Counted from the first letter of the stretch, positions 1 through 10,497 are shown. The stretch: DNA of 64,000 nucleotides from Candidatus Zhuqueibacterota bacterium (GCA_049322915.1 JBMOPW010000044.1:64001-128000); one strand, 5' to 3'. Program-made: numbers and translations. Notes: generated from the letters alone by a model not told the origin.

Positions 1-648
1 CGTGCGCGTGACATCGGTTTCGATCCTGGTCTGCGTGTGGACGTCCCAGAGCGTGCATGTGTCTGGCGTGATTTCATCACCCAACAGGATTTTATTATTA
101 TACCGGCCGAATTCAAGCTTGAAGTCAATCAGTTTGATATTGCGACGCATAAAATAGGACTTCAAAATCGCATTGATTTTGGATGCCATTCGCTCTATCA
201 TTTTCACTTCGTCGGCTGTGGCCATTTTAAATGCAATCATGTGTGATTGGTTGATCATCGGATGCTGGTGCGCCGGGTCCTTCAGATAAAATTCCATGAT
301 CGGGCATTTCAATTCTTCTCCCTGTACCAGCCCGAACCGTTCGCTGAACGAACCAATGGCGATATTTCTCATTAATAATTCCACGGGAATCATTTCCAGA
401 CGTCGAATGAGCATCTCTCGCGGCCCCAGGTCTTTGACGAAGTGTGTTTGAATGTTAAAGCCTTCGAGATACTCAAACAGAGTTGCCGATATCTGTTTGT
501 TGGTTGCGCCCTTGCCTTTAATCGTACCCGTAATGTTACCATCCGAGGATGAAATATCATCCTTGAATTCCTGGATTAATTGCTCCTGTTCCTCAATCGC
601 ATACAATTTTTTTGTCTTGCCCTCGTAGAGCTTTTTTTTCTTTTTCAA
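1..648 (-). CDS. purC: SAICAR synthetase (3' end runs off window)
   Basis: Read manually: TTG start at 648 after GGAG; MKKKKKLYEGKTKKLY N-terminus typical of PurC; directly downstream of purB. Confidence 0.93.
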   Translation of the reverse strand, partial: MKKKKKLYEGKTKKLYAIEEQEQLIQEFKDDISSSDGNITGTIKGKGATNKQISATLFEYLEGFNIQTHFVKDLGPREMLIRRLEMIPVELLMRNIAIGSFSERFGLVQGEELKCPIMEFYLKDPAHQHPMINQSHMIAFKMATADEVKMIERMASKINAILKSYFMRRNIKLIDFKLEFGRYNNKILLGDEITPDTCTLWDVHTQTRIETDVTRT

Positions 649-734
649 ATCACTTCTCCATTGTTTGATTATGAAATAACCCGTGGATGGTGTGCGTTAG
701 AATGCATGGTAATCAAACATCGAATCGATGTTGC

Positions 735-2051
735 CTATTTCCCTGGTGTCGCTGAAGGCTCAATGCCAGCGCGACTAAAAATTTTGTCGACATTTCTCAA
801 CTGGATGTCCAGATCGAACAGTTCGTCCAGTTCTTTCTGAGACAGGACGTCGGTAATTTCTTTTTGTGCCAGGAGCAGGTCTTTGAAATTAGTCCCTGTC
901 TTCCATGTTTCCATGGCGCATTGCTGAACCAACCGATACGCGGTCTCCCGCAGCATTTGTTTTTTGGTCAGCGCCAATAAAACGGATTGGGAGAAAATAA
1001 GCCCGTTCGTTTTATTGAGATTGTTCTTCATATTCTCCGGATAGACGATCAGATTCCTGATGATGGAAGTGAATCTGCTCAGCATATAGTCGATGAGAAT
1101 CGTGCTGTCAGGAAGAATTATTCGCTCCACCGAAGAATGGGTGATATCACGCTCATGCCACAGATTGACATTTTCCATCCCGGCCAGCGAATTGGCGCGA
1201 ACCACCCGCGCCAGCCCGGCGATCTGTTCGCAGTTCACCGGATTCCTCTTGTGGGGCATCGCCGACGATCCTTTTTGTCCTCGAGAAAAATACTCTTCCG
1301 CTTCCAGAATTTCCGTGCGCTGCAAACTTCGGATTTCCGTGGCGAATTTTTCCAGGGAACTGCCGATGAGCGCCAGGCTCGTCAGGTACTCTGCGTAGCG
1401 GTCGCGCTGAACGATTTGCGTGGACACCGGCGCAGGCGTCAGATTAAGTTTTTCGCACACGGCTTCTTCAATGTCAGGATCAAGATGCGCAAAAGTGCCG
1501 ACAGCGCCGGAAATTTTTCCAACGGAGATAGTCTCAATCGCCCGCTCAAACCGGCGAATGTGTCTGGCCAATTCATCGTACCAGAGCGCCAGTTTCAATC
1601 CAAACGTGGTCGGCTCCGCGTGAATGCCGTGGGAGCGGCCGATACATACCGTGTTCTTGTGTTCAATGGCTCGCGCTTTGATTGCCGTGCGAAGTTCGTG
1701 TAGATCATTGAGAATGATCTGGCCGGCTTCTCGCAGCAGCAAAGCATTGGATGTATCCAGCAGATCCGATGAGGTCATGCCAAGATGAATATAGCGAGAG
1801 GCGTCGCCGACATATTCGCCCACATTGGTTAGAAACGCGATGACGTCGTGTTTCACTTCCTGTTCAATTTCAAGGATTCGCTCAATGTTGAACTGAGCGT
1901 TGCTCCGAATTTGTTCCACGGCCCGGGCCGGGATCAGACCCTTCTGCGCCTGCACTTCGCAGACACATAATTCCACGTCCAACCATTTTTTGAATTTATT
2001 TTCATCGCTCCAGATGGCGCCCATCCGGGGCCGGGTATAGCGTTCAATCAA
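735..2051 (-). CDS. purB: Adenylosuccinate lyase
   Basis: MIERY start, HLGMTSSD, GRSHGIHAEPTTFG and SSAMPHKRNP fumarate-lyase signature. Confidence 0.98.
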   Translation of the reverse strand: MIERYTRPRMGAIWSDENKFKKWLDVELCVCEVQAQKGLIPARAVEQIRSNAQFNIERILEIEQEVKHDVIAFLTNVGEYVGDASRYIHLGMTSSDLLDTSNALLLREAGQIILNDLHELRTAIKARAIEHKNTVCIGRSHGIHAEPTTFGLKLALWYDELARHIRRFERAIETISVGKISGAVGTFAHLDPDIEEAVCEKLNLTPAPVSTQIVQRDRYAEYLTSLALIGSSLEKFATEIRSLQRTEILEAEEYFSRGQKGSSAMPHKRNPVNCEQIAGLARVVRANSLAGMENVNLWHERDITHSSVERIILPDSTILIDYMLSRFTSIIRNLIVYPENMKNNLNKTNGLIFSQSVLLALTKKQMLRETAYRLVQQCAMETWKTGTNFKDLLLAQKEITDVLSQKELDELFDLDIQLRNVDKIFSRAGIEPSATPGK

Positions 2052-2060
2052 TCGGGCACC

Positions 2061-3269
2061 TCACTTCAGTTCCTGCAATTTCAGGTGGGCTGTCTGATAT
2101 CTTTTATTCCGCACCAGCGTCAGAGTGAACACATCGCCGCCTTTGGCGTCGGTGTCATTGATGACATTTTCAATGTCGCGCGTGCTGGTAATCTCGTATT
2201 CATTGACTTTCACGATGACATCGCCGATCTTCAGTCCGGCTTTTTCTGCCGGGCTGTTATTATCAATGTTGGAAACAATGACGCCGGTGATATCGCGCAG
2301 TCCCAGATACCGCATGACATTGGGCGTCAGGTTTTCCACCTCCAGCCCGGTTCGGAAGCGCCGGTTCACTTCGCCGTACCTGCGAAGTTCCTCGATGATT
2401 CGCTTCGCCCGGTTGATGGGCGTGGCGAAGCCCAGACCGATGGAAGTGGCGCCTCGTTCGCTGCCCGAGAAAATGAACGTATTGATTCCAATCACCTCGC
2501 CGAGGCTATTCACCAACGGGCCTCCGCTGTTTCCGCTGTTGATGGCGGCGTCGGTCTGAATCATGTCCTTGTACACGCGATTATCGTCTTGCCTGCCGAA
2601 ATCACGGTCGGTCGCGCTGATGATCCCCTGGGACACCGACGGTTGCCCCATGTCGAACAGACCGAATGGATTGCCAATAGCAATAGCCCATTCGCCAATG
2701 ATGAGATCGTCGGAGTCGCCAAACTTCGCATAGGGCAACGGAGTCTCAGCCTCGATTTTCAACAGCGCGATATCGGAGATGTAATCCGCGCCGGCCAGTT
2801 CGGCGTCGAATTTCTGTCCATTGGGCAGAGTGACGACTATTTTTTCGGCACGATTGACCACATGTTCGTTCGTCACAATATACCCGTCCGGGGAGATGAT
2901 AAATCCGGAGCCCAGTCCCTTCACGAGTTGATCGCGAGTCTCCGGGAAGAAATGCCTGAAAAACGGATCTTCGAATAACCAGTGCGGCGACGTGTACTGC
3001 TTGATCTGAATGACGTTGATGCCGACCACGGCCGGGCTGACGATTTCCACGGCCCGGGTGATGGCATTCCGCCTGGAGTCGACAATGTCCTGGTTGGCTT
3101 TGCTTCTCAATTCGGAATTCTCAACCACAGAACTCGTGAGATGGGTGAGAGGCTGCGAGCCATCATTCAGAAATGATGCCTGTTTCTGGGGATTCAACTT
3201 CGTCCAGAAAATGAGGGCGAGGACCATGCCAGCCCCAAAAACCATCGAGTAAGGCACTACTTTCTTCAT
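2061..3269 (-). CDS. HtrA/DegP-family serine protease with one PDZ domain
   Basis: N-terminal TM; GSGFII, TNEHV, DIALLKI, QTDAAINSGNSGGPL triad motifs; C-terminal PDZ. Confidence 0.95.
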   Translation of the reverse strand: MKKVVPYSMVFGAGMVLALIFWTKLNPQKQASFLNDGSQPLTHLTSSVVENSELRSKANQDIVDSRRNAITRAVEIVSPAVVGINVIQIKQYTSPHWLFEDPFFRHFFPETRDQLVKGLGSGFIISPDGYIVTNEHVVNRAEKIVVTLPNGQKFDAELAGADYISDIALLKIEAETPLPYAKFGDSDDLIIGEWAIAIGNPFGLFDMGQPSVSQGIISATDRDFGRQDDNRVYKDMIQTDAAINSGNSGGPLVNSLGEVIGINTFIFSGSERGATSIGLGFATPINRAKRIIEELRRYGEVNRRFRTGLEVENLTPNVMRYLGLRDITGVIVSNIDNNSPAEKAGLKIGDVIVKVNEYEITSTRDIENVINDTDAKGGDVFTLTLVRNKRYQTAHLKLQELK

Positions 3270-3348
3270 AGCATTTTCTTAAATTAAATGATTCTCTGTA
3301 ATAATGAACTGCCAGCGCCTTCACATTGTTCTCTTCATAGGAGACCAA

Positions 3349-3996
3349 TTATCGGGCTTTCACTTTTTCCCAATCTGCCATAAAGCTTTTAATGCCAATG
3401 TCCGTCAGCGGGTGTTTCACCAATTGCTCGATCACTTTGAACGGGATCGTGGCGATATGCGCGCCGATGAGAGCGGCTTCCACCACGTGCATGGGGCTTC
3501 GGACGCTCGCGACGATGACTTCAGTCTTGAAATTGTAATTGTTGAAAATGGCCACAATATCGTGCACCAATTGCATGCCTGTCTGGCTGATGTCGTCGAT
3601 TCTTCCGACAAAGGGACTGACGAACGACGCGCCGGCTTTGGCGGCCAACAAGGCCTGTGTCGGGCTGAAAATCAATGTGACATTGACGGAGATCCCCTCG
3701 GATTCCAGTTGCTTGATGGCCTTGAGCCCTTCCGTTGTGATGGGGATTTTGATGACGATATTCTTATGAATTTTGACAAGCTCCCGACCCTCGCGAATCA
3801 TGCCCTCGGCATCGAGGCTGATGACCTCGGCGCTGACCGGCCCATTGACTGTCTTGCAAATGGCCAGGAGAATATCTTCAAATTTGCCCTGCACTTTGGC
3901 TACCAACGACGGATTTGTTGTGACGCCATCAAGCACACCTAACTTGGCAGCCTCTTTGATTTCATCCAAATTTGCGGTATCGATAAAGAACTTCAT
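3349..3996 (-). CDS. tal: Transaldolase (small FSA/Tal family)
   Basis: [18 protein letters not shown] (Schiff-base Lys), SPFVGRIDD. Confidence 0.93.
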   Translation of the reverse strand: MKFFIDTANLDEIKEAAKLGVLDGVTTNPSLVAKVQGKFEDILLAICKTVNGPVSAEVISLDAEGMIREGRELVKIHKNIVIKIPITTEGLKAIKQLESEGISVNVTLIFSPTQALLAAKAGASFVSPFVGRIDDISQTGMQLVHDIVAIFNNYNFKTEVIVASVRSPMHVVEAALIGAHIATIPFKVIEQLVKHPLTDIGIKSFMADWEKVKAR

Positions 3997-4008
3997 GCAA
4001 CCTCCTGT

Positions 4009-4737
4009 TTAATAGTAAACCTGAACCAGGCACAAACCTTTCGCCGGCACAGTTGGGCCAGCGTGTATTCGATCTTTTGAATTTAAAATTACAGAAATCT
4101 GTTCGACGTGCGTATGGCCTCTTCCAATATTCACCACGGTTCCGACGATGATGCGCACCATGTTATGAAGGAACCTGTTGGCTTTAATATCAAAAGTCAG
4201 CACATCATCCTGCCGTTGCCATCGCGCTTCCTCAACGACACACCGATGATGTTTGACATCCGCGCCAGCCTGACAGAACGCTCGAAAATCATGCTCGCCA
4301 ATCAGACAATCTGAAGCGCGTTGCATATCGTCAATGTTCAGCGCTGTTTTGAAGCACCAGGCATAGTGACGTTTCAGCGCCGATTCGTTCTGAATGATGG
4401 TGTAGCGATAATGCCGGCGAATGGCATCGTATCTGGAGTTGAAATTTTCCGGCACCTCCTCGACTTTTTTGACGCGGACATCCCGGGACATCGTGCCATT
4501 CAGCGCGGCTTTTATCCGCTCGAGTGGCAGGGATGAATCAATGGTAAAATTGGCGACCTGCCCCAGCGCGTGAACACCTGCGTCAGTTCTACCAGCGCCG
4601 ATGACAATCGTTTCCTGATTGAAAATTATTTTCAATGAACTTTCTATTTCGTGTTGAATTGTTCTGAAACCGGGCTGGTACTGCCATCCTGAAAAATCTG
4701 TGCCATCATATTCCAGCGTCAGCTTGATATTTCTCAT
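4009..4737 (-). CDS. truA: tRNA pseudouridine(38-40) synthase
   Basis: YDGTDFSGWQ, GAGRTDAGVHA, FLHNMVRIIVG. Confidence 0.97.
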   Translation of the reverse strand: MRNIKLTLEYDGTDFSGWQYQPGFRTIQHEIESSLKIIFNQETIVIGAGRTDAGVHALGQVANFTIDSSLPLERIKAALNGTMSRDVRVKKVEEVPENFNSRYDAIRRHYRYTIIQNESALKRHYAWCFKTALNIDDMQRASDCLIGEHDFRAFCQAGADVKHHRCVVEEARWQRQDDVLTFDIKANRFLHNMVRIIVGTVVNIGRGHTHVEQISVILNSKDRIHAGPTVPAKGLCLVQVYY

Positions 4738-4740
4738 TTT

Positions 4741-5562
4741 TCAATTTTCGAAAACATTGGTTGCAAACACAATTGCCGCGGTGTACACGATCAATGCGCC
4801 GGCCAGGACAAAATAATCGTGCCGATGAAAAACCAGTTTCTTGAAGCTGGTCCTGTTTCTACCGCCAATGTAACACCTGGCATCCATGGCCAGGGCGAGT
4901 TCATCGGCGCGCCGAAACACGGAAATGAACAGCGGCAAAATCAGCGGGATCACGCTTTTTATTCGTTGAACAATATTCCCCTCGAACCGGGCGCCGCGGG
5001 AGACCTGCGCTTTTTGAAGCTTATCCGCTTCGAAAATCAATGTTGGAATGAACCTTAAGGATAGCGTAATCATCATGGTGAACTCGTGGGTGGAAATCCC
5101 CAATTTTTGCAGCGGCTTGAGAAACCGTTCCATTGCATCCGTCAGTTCCATGGGCGAAGTGGTCAACGTCAGCAGGGCCGCGATAATGATCAGAACAGCC
5201 AGGCGCAGCGAATACAACACCCCCAGTCGAAGTCCCTGCGTTGGCAGTTCGATCCCGATGATCGGAATCAGGAAAACGCCGCCATCCTTCGATGTGAGAA
5301 ACAGGTGCAGGAGAATGGTTATCAGAAACAACCAGATGAATGGCCTGAGATTACGCGCAACAAGCGCTATCGGAATTCTGGCAATATTGACAATGAGAAA
5401 TAAGACGATCAGCGCAATTAAAAATCCCAGGAGCTGATTCCACAGGATGAACATCATCATTGTCATGAAGACGACCAGAACCTTTGTCCGTGGATCAAGG
5501 CGATGAATAAATGAATCGACAGGGTAATACTGACCCAGTGTGATATCGTTTAAAATTTTCAT
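4741..5562 (-). CDS. ecfT: ECF transporter transmembrane T component
   Basis: ITLGQYYP..S.IHRLDPRTK, LRFIPTL, AQVSRG, AMDARCY; start reassigned to ATG 5562. Confidence 0.92.
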   Translation of the reverse strand: MKILNDITLGQYYPVDSFIHRLDPRTKVLVVFMTMMMFILWNQLLGFLIALIVLFLIVNIARIPIALVARNLRPFIWLFLITILLHLFLTSKDGGVFLIPIIGIELPTQGLRLGVLYSLRLAVLIIIAALLTLTTSPMELTDAMERFLKPLQKLGISTHEFTMMITLSLRFIPTLIFEADKLQKAQVSRGARFEGNIVQRIKSVIPLILPLFISVFRRADELALAMDARCYIGGRNRTSFKKLVFHRHDYFVLAGALIVYTAAIVFATNVFEN

Positions 5563-5569
5563 CTGCGAA

Positions 5570-5639
5570 ATTATAAAAAAACAGGGTAATTGGTGAAAAA
5601 TAATTTGCCGAATATACGAATTTATTTTATAAAAATCAA
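5570..5639 (-). promoter_or_regulatory. sigma70 promoters for the ecfT operon
   Basis: TTGATT-17-TATATT (5639-5611); separate perfect TATAAT (5575-5570) 7 nt before the ATG. Confidence 0.6.
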
Positions 5640-5680
5640 GTAAAAGCCCAACCATATTTTTATGGTGACACATTTTTTTC

Positions 5681-5709
5681 TTGACTTTTAAGTTATTTTA
5701 TTTTATGTT
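5681..5709 (+). promoter_or_regulatory. sigma70 promoter for the OPT gene
   Basis: TTGACT-17-TATGTT. Confidence 0.6.
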
Positions 5710-5831
5710 TTAAGTCCGTTTGGTTACTAAATTTTAACAAGGCGCCGCAATCGCTTCTTAATATTGTTACTCAAAGAAAATCAAACACTCATAAGAGTCA
5801 TTAACAACTTACCAAGCCCAGGAGGAAAAAA

Positions 5832-7871
5832 ATGGCGGAAGCAAAAGCTTCAACTGGAAAAAGCAGCTATATGCCTTATGTTCCTGCAGATCAGAGTATG
5901 AGAGAGTTCACATTCAAGGCGCTTTTGATCGGTCTCATCATGAGCGTCGTGTTGGGAGCTGCGAACGCATATCTCGGTCTCAAAGCAGGAATGACAATCG
6001 CTGCCACCTATCCAGCAGCAGTCATCGGTATGGCAATTTTGCGCTTATTCAAGGGAAATATTCTCGAAGAAAATATGGCGCGAACTGTTGGTTCCATTGG
6101 CGAATCCATCGCTGCTGGAGCGATATTCACGATTCCGGCATTTTACATCGCTGAAATCTGGACGGAATTTGCAACCGTTGGGAATTACCTCATTTCCACA
6201 GCGATCATGCTCGTCGGCGGCGTGCTGGGCATTATGTTTGTGGCGCTCCTGCGACGCGTGATGGTTGAAGACGCCGAATTGCCTTTCCCCGAATCTGTCG
6301 CTGCCGCCGAAATTCACAAGGCTGGCCGATCTGGCGGAACCGGCGCCAAATTCCTGTTCGGAGCTATGGGCCTGGGCGCGGTTATCCAGGCGTTGATTCA
6401 ATTCCAAGTGTTCAAAAGCTCCTGGGAGCATTTTGTATCCTTTGCCAAAACTTCAATTGGTCTTAAATCAAGCGGTGAAATTGCCGGACAAAGCGGGATG
6501 TTGCTCAGTTCTCCCGGCGTCAGCCCGGCGTATATCGGTGTCGGCTACATCATCGGACCGAAACTGGCTTCGCTGAATTTCAGCGGTGGATTGTTAGCGT
6601 GGGGCTTGTTCGTCCCAATCATCACCTACTTCATTGGCCCGAATCTCATTCCGGCCGGCGAAGTGAATCATGAAACTTGGGTCAGCCTGGCCAATAACGT
6701 GTGGAGCAACATTGTCCGTCCCATCGCCATCGGCGGAATGCTCATGAGCGCGGTGTTCACCCTATTCAGAATGAGAAAGAGTCTTGCCACAGGTTTGAAG
6801 CGCTCCATCGGTGACGTGAAAAAAGCAGCCACAGGCGAGCATGTCATCATTCGGACTGAAAAAGATTTGAGTTTCACCCAGGTTATGCTGGGCGTCCTGC
6901 TGACTGCCGTGGCGACATTTTTCATCTATTACTATTTTGCTCAGGACATTTTTGCAGCTTTGGTGGCTATGGTTGTGATGATCATAGCCGGGTTTTTCTT
7001 CGCTGCGGTCTCTGGCTACCTCGTTGGGATCATCGGTTCCAGCAATAATCCAATCAGCGGACTCACGCTATCCACGTTGCTGGTCGCCGCACTTTTAATG
7101 GTCGTGTTAGGCATGAAGGGCAATCCCGGCGTCGCTGCTGTACTGGGCGTGGCAGCCGTTGTCTGCGTATCTGCCGCTGTGGCCGGAGAGATGCTGCAGG
7201 ATTTGAAAGTGGGGCATATTCTCGGCGGCACTCCCTGGAAAATGCAGGTCGGCGACTTGATGGGCGTTGCTCTGGCAGCGGTTGTGATGTTCCTTCCCAT
7301 CATTCTGTTGCATGAAGGCGACCTTAAAATTGGCGGGACCGGACTTGGCGGTGAAAATTATCCGGCGCCGCAGGCGAGTCTCATGGCGCTGCTCTCCCGC
7401 GGCATTGTTGGCGGGCAAATGGCCTGGCCATTGATTATTGTCGGCATGCTCATGGGTCTCGGATTCATCCTCATGCAGGTGAAAAGCCCGATGCTGGTGA
7501 GCGTCGGTATGTACCTGCCTCTTGAAACAACGTTTGCGATTTTTATCGGCGGATTGATCAAAGGGATCGTTGAAAAAGTCGGTGAAGCCAAAAAGCACAA
7601 CGCCGCCCAAAAAGCCCGCGTTGAAAACAATGGCGTGCTTTTAGCAGCCGGTCTGATTGCCGGGGAAGCGTTGATTGGACTTCTCTTTGCGCTGTTAGCC
7701 GTGCTCGATATCAAATATGGCGAAATGATCCCGTCCCTGATTAGCTTTATGCCATTCCCATTTTATATCAGTATCCTGTTGCTGATTTTCATCGGCTGGT
7801 TCCTGGTGCAAGTTCCAATCAAGAACGCTGGCAAAGCCGACGAACCGGCTCCACCCAGCGCAGTGATGTAA
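5832..7871 (+). CDS. OPT-family oligopeptide transporter
   Basis: AANAYLGLKAG, LPFPES, GSSNNPISG, LQDLKVG, PAPQA; many TM helices; AGGAGG RBS. Confidence 0.95.
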   Translation: MAEAKASTGKSSYMPYVPADQSMREFTFKALLIGLIMSVVLGAANAYLGLKAGMTIAATYPAAVIGMAILRLFKGNILEENMARTVGSIGESIAAGAIFTIPAFYIAEIWTEFATVGNYLISTAIMLVGGVLGIMFVALLRRVMVEDAELPFPESVAAAEIHKAGRSGGTGAKFLFGAMGLGAVIQALIQFQVFKSSWEHFVSFAKTSIGLKSSGEIAGQSGMLLSSPGVSPAYIGVGYIIGPKLASLNFSGGLLAWGLFVPIITYFIGPNLIPAGEVNHETWVSLANNVWSNIVRPIAIGGMLMSAVFTLFRMRKSLATGLKRSIGDVKKAATGEHVIIRTEKDLSFTQVMLGVLLTAVATFFIYYYFAQDIFAALVAMVVMIIAGFFFAAVSGYLVGIIGSSNNPISGLTLSTLLVAALLMVVLGMKGNPGVAAVLGVAAVVCVSAAVAGEMLQDLKVGHILGGTPWKMQVGDLMGVALAAVVMFLPIILLHEGDLKIGGTGLGGENYPAPQASLMALLSRGIVGGQMAWPLIIVGMLMGLGFILMQVKSPMLVSVGMYLPLETTFAIFIGGLIKGIVEKVGEAKKHNAAQKARVENNGVLLAAGLIAGEALIGLLFALLAVLDIKYGEMIPSLISFMPFPFYISILLLIFIGWFLVQVPIKNAGKADEPAPPSAVM

Positions 7872-7888
7872 TCATGAAATAACAGTCC

Positions 7889-8003
7889 TGGTGGCTGTAT
7901 CAAAAATTTATCTGAAGCGTTTTCAACCAGAGTGCATCGAATTTAAAAAATCCACTCTACGGCGTGGAAAGGGAAGGTTGAATCGATTTTGATACAGCCG
8001 CCA
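7889..8003. mobile_element. MITE-like element with 17-bp terminal inverted repeats
   Basis: TGGTGGCTGTATCAAAA ... TTTTGATACAGCCGCCA (16/17 match); non-coding interior. Confidence 0.6.
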
Positions 8004-8102
8004 TGTTAATTTTTCAATCAATTCAAGTCATCAAAGTCGCGCCGGAATGAAGCATCAGGCGCGATGCGTGTTTGCTGCTCATGCCGACTTGGGTGCCATG
8101 TA

Positions 8103-8459
8103 ATGAGTGTAAATTTACTTGATCTGATCCCTGTCCGGAATATTGGGAGTGAAGAATTGAGCGATGGCCGGTTTATATTGCTCAAGCCAAAATTCAAGCA
8201 TAAATTCTTTGTCAAACATATATTGCCACGGCTGAAAAGTCGTTACTACCGAATAAAGCTGGATGATTTTGGCAGCTTCGTCTGGAAGCATTGCGACGGT
8301 AAGAATACGGTCGGACAGATCGGAAATTTACTGAGCGAAAAATTTAAACAGGAGGTGGATCCTGTCTACGATCGGTTAGCCGTATTCATGCAGTCTCTGG
8401 CGCGTTATCAATTCATACTTTATAATAATTATGAGGCGATTTCCGGCGCTTCGAAATGA
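8103..8459 (+). CDS. PqqD-family (RiPP recognition element-like) protein
   Basis: IKLDDFGSFVWKHCDGKNTVGQIG..L..KF pattern of the PqqD/RRE winged helix. Confidence 0.8.
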   Translation: MSVNLLDLIPVRNIGSEELSDGRFILLKPKFKHKFFVKHILPRLKSRYYRIKLDDFGSFVWKHCDGKNTVGQIGNLLSEKFKQEVDPVYDRLAVFMQSLARYQFILYNNYEAISGASK

Positions 8460-8657
8460 GTCTCCACACACCGGTTAATTCCCGCGGTCATGGTTGCGAT
8501 ATCCTTATCGAGCTAATTGTCCTCATTACCAGTGCACGGCAACGAGTGCACTGGCAAAAGCGAAGCGTGCTTTTGTACAAGAAAATCTAATTTACAGAAA
8601 ACGATTTATAACCATTGATAAATCCACCCTGAATTGGGTTGCGGAGCGAAGCCATCG

Positions 8658-9995
8658 ATGAAGAAGTTCGTTTTATTTGTATTGCTGACCTGCCTCTTTC
8701 CGGGATCAGCGGAACGCGTGTCAGCCCAGGTTGATTCATCCACTGTTTATCACGTGAAAATAGAAGGCGAGATCAACCTCGGATTGCCGAATTATATTCA
8801 GCGGATTGTTCAAAGGGCGAATGAACAAAAAGCGGGTTGTCTCATCATCGAGGTTGACACCCCGGGCGGTCGCGTCGATGCAGCACTGCAAATTCGTGAT
8901 GCAATTTTCGCGGCAGAGGTGCCTGTTCATGCGTTCATCAATCGCGAGGCAGCGTCGGCCGGAGCGCTGATTTCGCTGTCCTGCGACTCGATTTACATGG
9001 CCCCCGGCAGTTCCATCGGCGCTGTGACGCCGGTGGATCAGGCCGGAAATAAAGCGTCTGAAAAGATGGTCTCGTACCTGCGTTCGGTGATGCGATCCAT
9101 TGCTCAGCGCAATCATCGGCCGGTGGAAATTGTCGAATCGATGGTGGACGAGGATATTGAAATTCCGGGCATCATTGAAAAAGGCAAACTGCTGACGCTG
9201 ACGGCCGACGAAGCGGTGAAACTCAACGTTGCGGACGGCATTGCTCACGACTTGGATGAGGTGCTTTCCATCTGCGGGCTGGCTGAGAGCAAAATCGTCA
9301 GAATAAAAATTAGCTGGTCTGAAAAGCTGGTGTCTATTCTCACCAATCCCATCGTCAGTTCCCTGCTTTTGACGCTGGGGATATTCGGCCTGATTTTTGA
9401 AATACGCACGCCTGGCTGGGGCCTGGGCGGCACATTATCGCTCATCGCATTGGCGCTGTTTTTCGGCAGCCACTATCTCGCTGAACTGGCGCAGTGGACA
9501 GAAATATTGCTCTTTTTAATCGGCACCGGCCTGCTGTTACTGGAAGTTTTCGTATTCCCCGGCTTCGGAATTGCAGGAGTAGCCGGCATCGTGCTGGTCG
9601 TGGCGAGCTTTGTCCTGAGCCTGTTGCCGCATATGGGGCGCGTCGGATTCGAAGACGTCCTGAACGCCATGACCCAGGTGGGCATTTCCTTCATTCTGGC
9701 CTTCGCCCTCGTCATTCCGATAGTGAAGTTTCTGCCTAAAACGAGAGTGTTTAAAAGTCTCATCCTGGATGCTCAGGAGAAGGCAACCGAAGGATTCCGC
9801 GCCACGCCGGAAGAGTACATTAGTCTGCTGGGAGCGGAGGGCTATGCGTTCTCGTCGCTGCGCCCGTCCGGAATCGGTATCTTTGGAAAGAAGCGCGTCG
9901 ATGTGGTGGCCGAAGGTGAATTTGTAGCGCAGAATGAGCGGATCAAAGTAATCAAAGTTGAAGGGTATCGAATCATTGTTCGAAGATTAGCCTGA
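8658..9995 (+). CDS. Long NfeD: ClpP-like serine protease domain, TM region and OB fold
   Basis: Signal peptide, DTPGG, AASAGALI, SEK; C-terminal LRPSG...VDVV.EG. Confidence 0.92.
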   Translation: MKKFVLFVLLTCLFPGSAERVSAQVDSSTVYHVKIEGEINLGLPNYIQRIVQRANEQKAGCLIIEVDTPGGRVDAALQIRDAIFAAEVPVHAFINREAASAGALISLSCDSIYMAPGSSIGAVTPVDQAGNKASEKMVSYLRSVMRSIAQRNHRPVEIVESMVDEDIEIPGIIEKGKLLTLTADEAVKLNVADGIAHDLDEVLSICGLAESKIVRIKISWSEKLVSILTNPIVSSLLLTLGIFGLIFEIRTPGWGLGGTLSLIALALFFGSHYLAELAQWTEILLFLIGTGLLLLEVFVFPGFGIAGVAGIVLVVASFVLSLLPHMGRVGFEDVLNAMTQVGISFILAFALVIPIVKFLPKTRVFKSLILDAQEKATEGFRATPEEYISLLGAEGYAFSSLRPSGIGIFGKKRVDVVAEGEFVAQNERIKVIKVEGYRIIVRRLA

Positions 9996-10017
9996 TGTCT
10001 ACGCTGGAGGAAAGTTC

Positions 10018-10497
10018 ATGTCTCTGTCATTTATTATCAGTGGTTTAATTATTATTGGATTCCTGCTGGTATTGATTGAAATATTTCTGGTTCCGGGTAT
10101 CAATATTTTCGGTGTGGTGGGATTCATTTTCATTGTACTGGGAATCGTATTTGCCTATTCGAAACTCGATTTGCGCGTTGCCAATTTCATCATGATCGCC
10201 TCGCTCATTGTGTCTGTGGTGCTGGTGAAAATGGTTTTGAAATCAAAAACCTGGCACCGCATGATTCTGAACGACCGGCAGGAAAAATCCGAGGGATTTC
10301 ATGCCTCGTCAGAGGATTTGTCTGGCCTGGTCGGCAAGACCGGTGTGGCGTATACCAATCTGCGTCCGGCCGGCGTGGCGTTCATCGAGGGGCAGAAAGT
10401 GGATGTTGTCACCCAGGGCGATTTGATTGAAAAAGATCGGGCCATTGAAGTGATTCACGTCGAGGGAAATCGGGTCGTGGTTCGCGTGGTCGCATGA
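10018..10497 (+). CDS. Short NfeD-family membrane protein
   Basis: TM helices, EIFLVPG, LRPAG...VDVVTQG OB fold. Confidence 0.9.
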   Translation: MSLSFIISGLIIIGFLLVLIEIFLVPGINIFGVVGFIFIVLGIVFAYSKLDLRVANFIMIASLIVSVVLVKMVLKSKTWHRMILNDRQEKSEGFHASSEDLSGLVGKTGVAYTNLRPAGVAFIEGQKVDVVTQGDLIEKDRAIEVIHVEGNRVVVRVVA

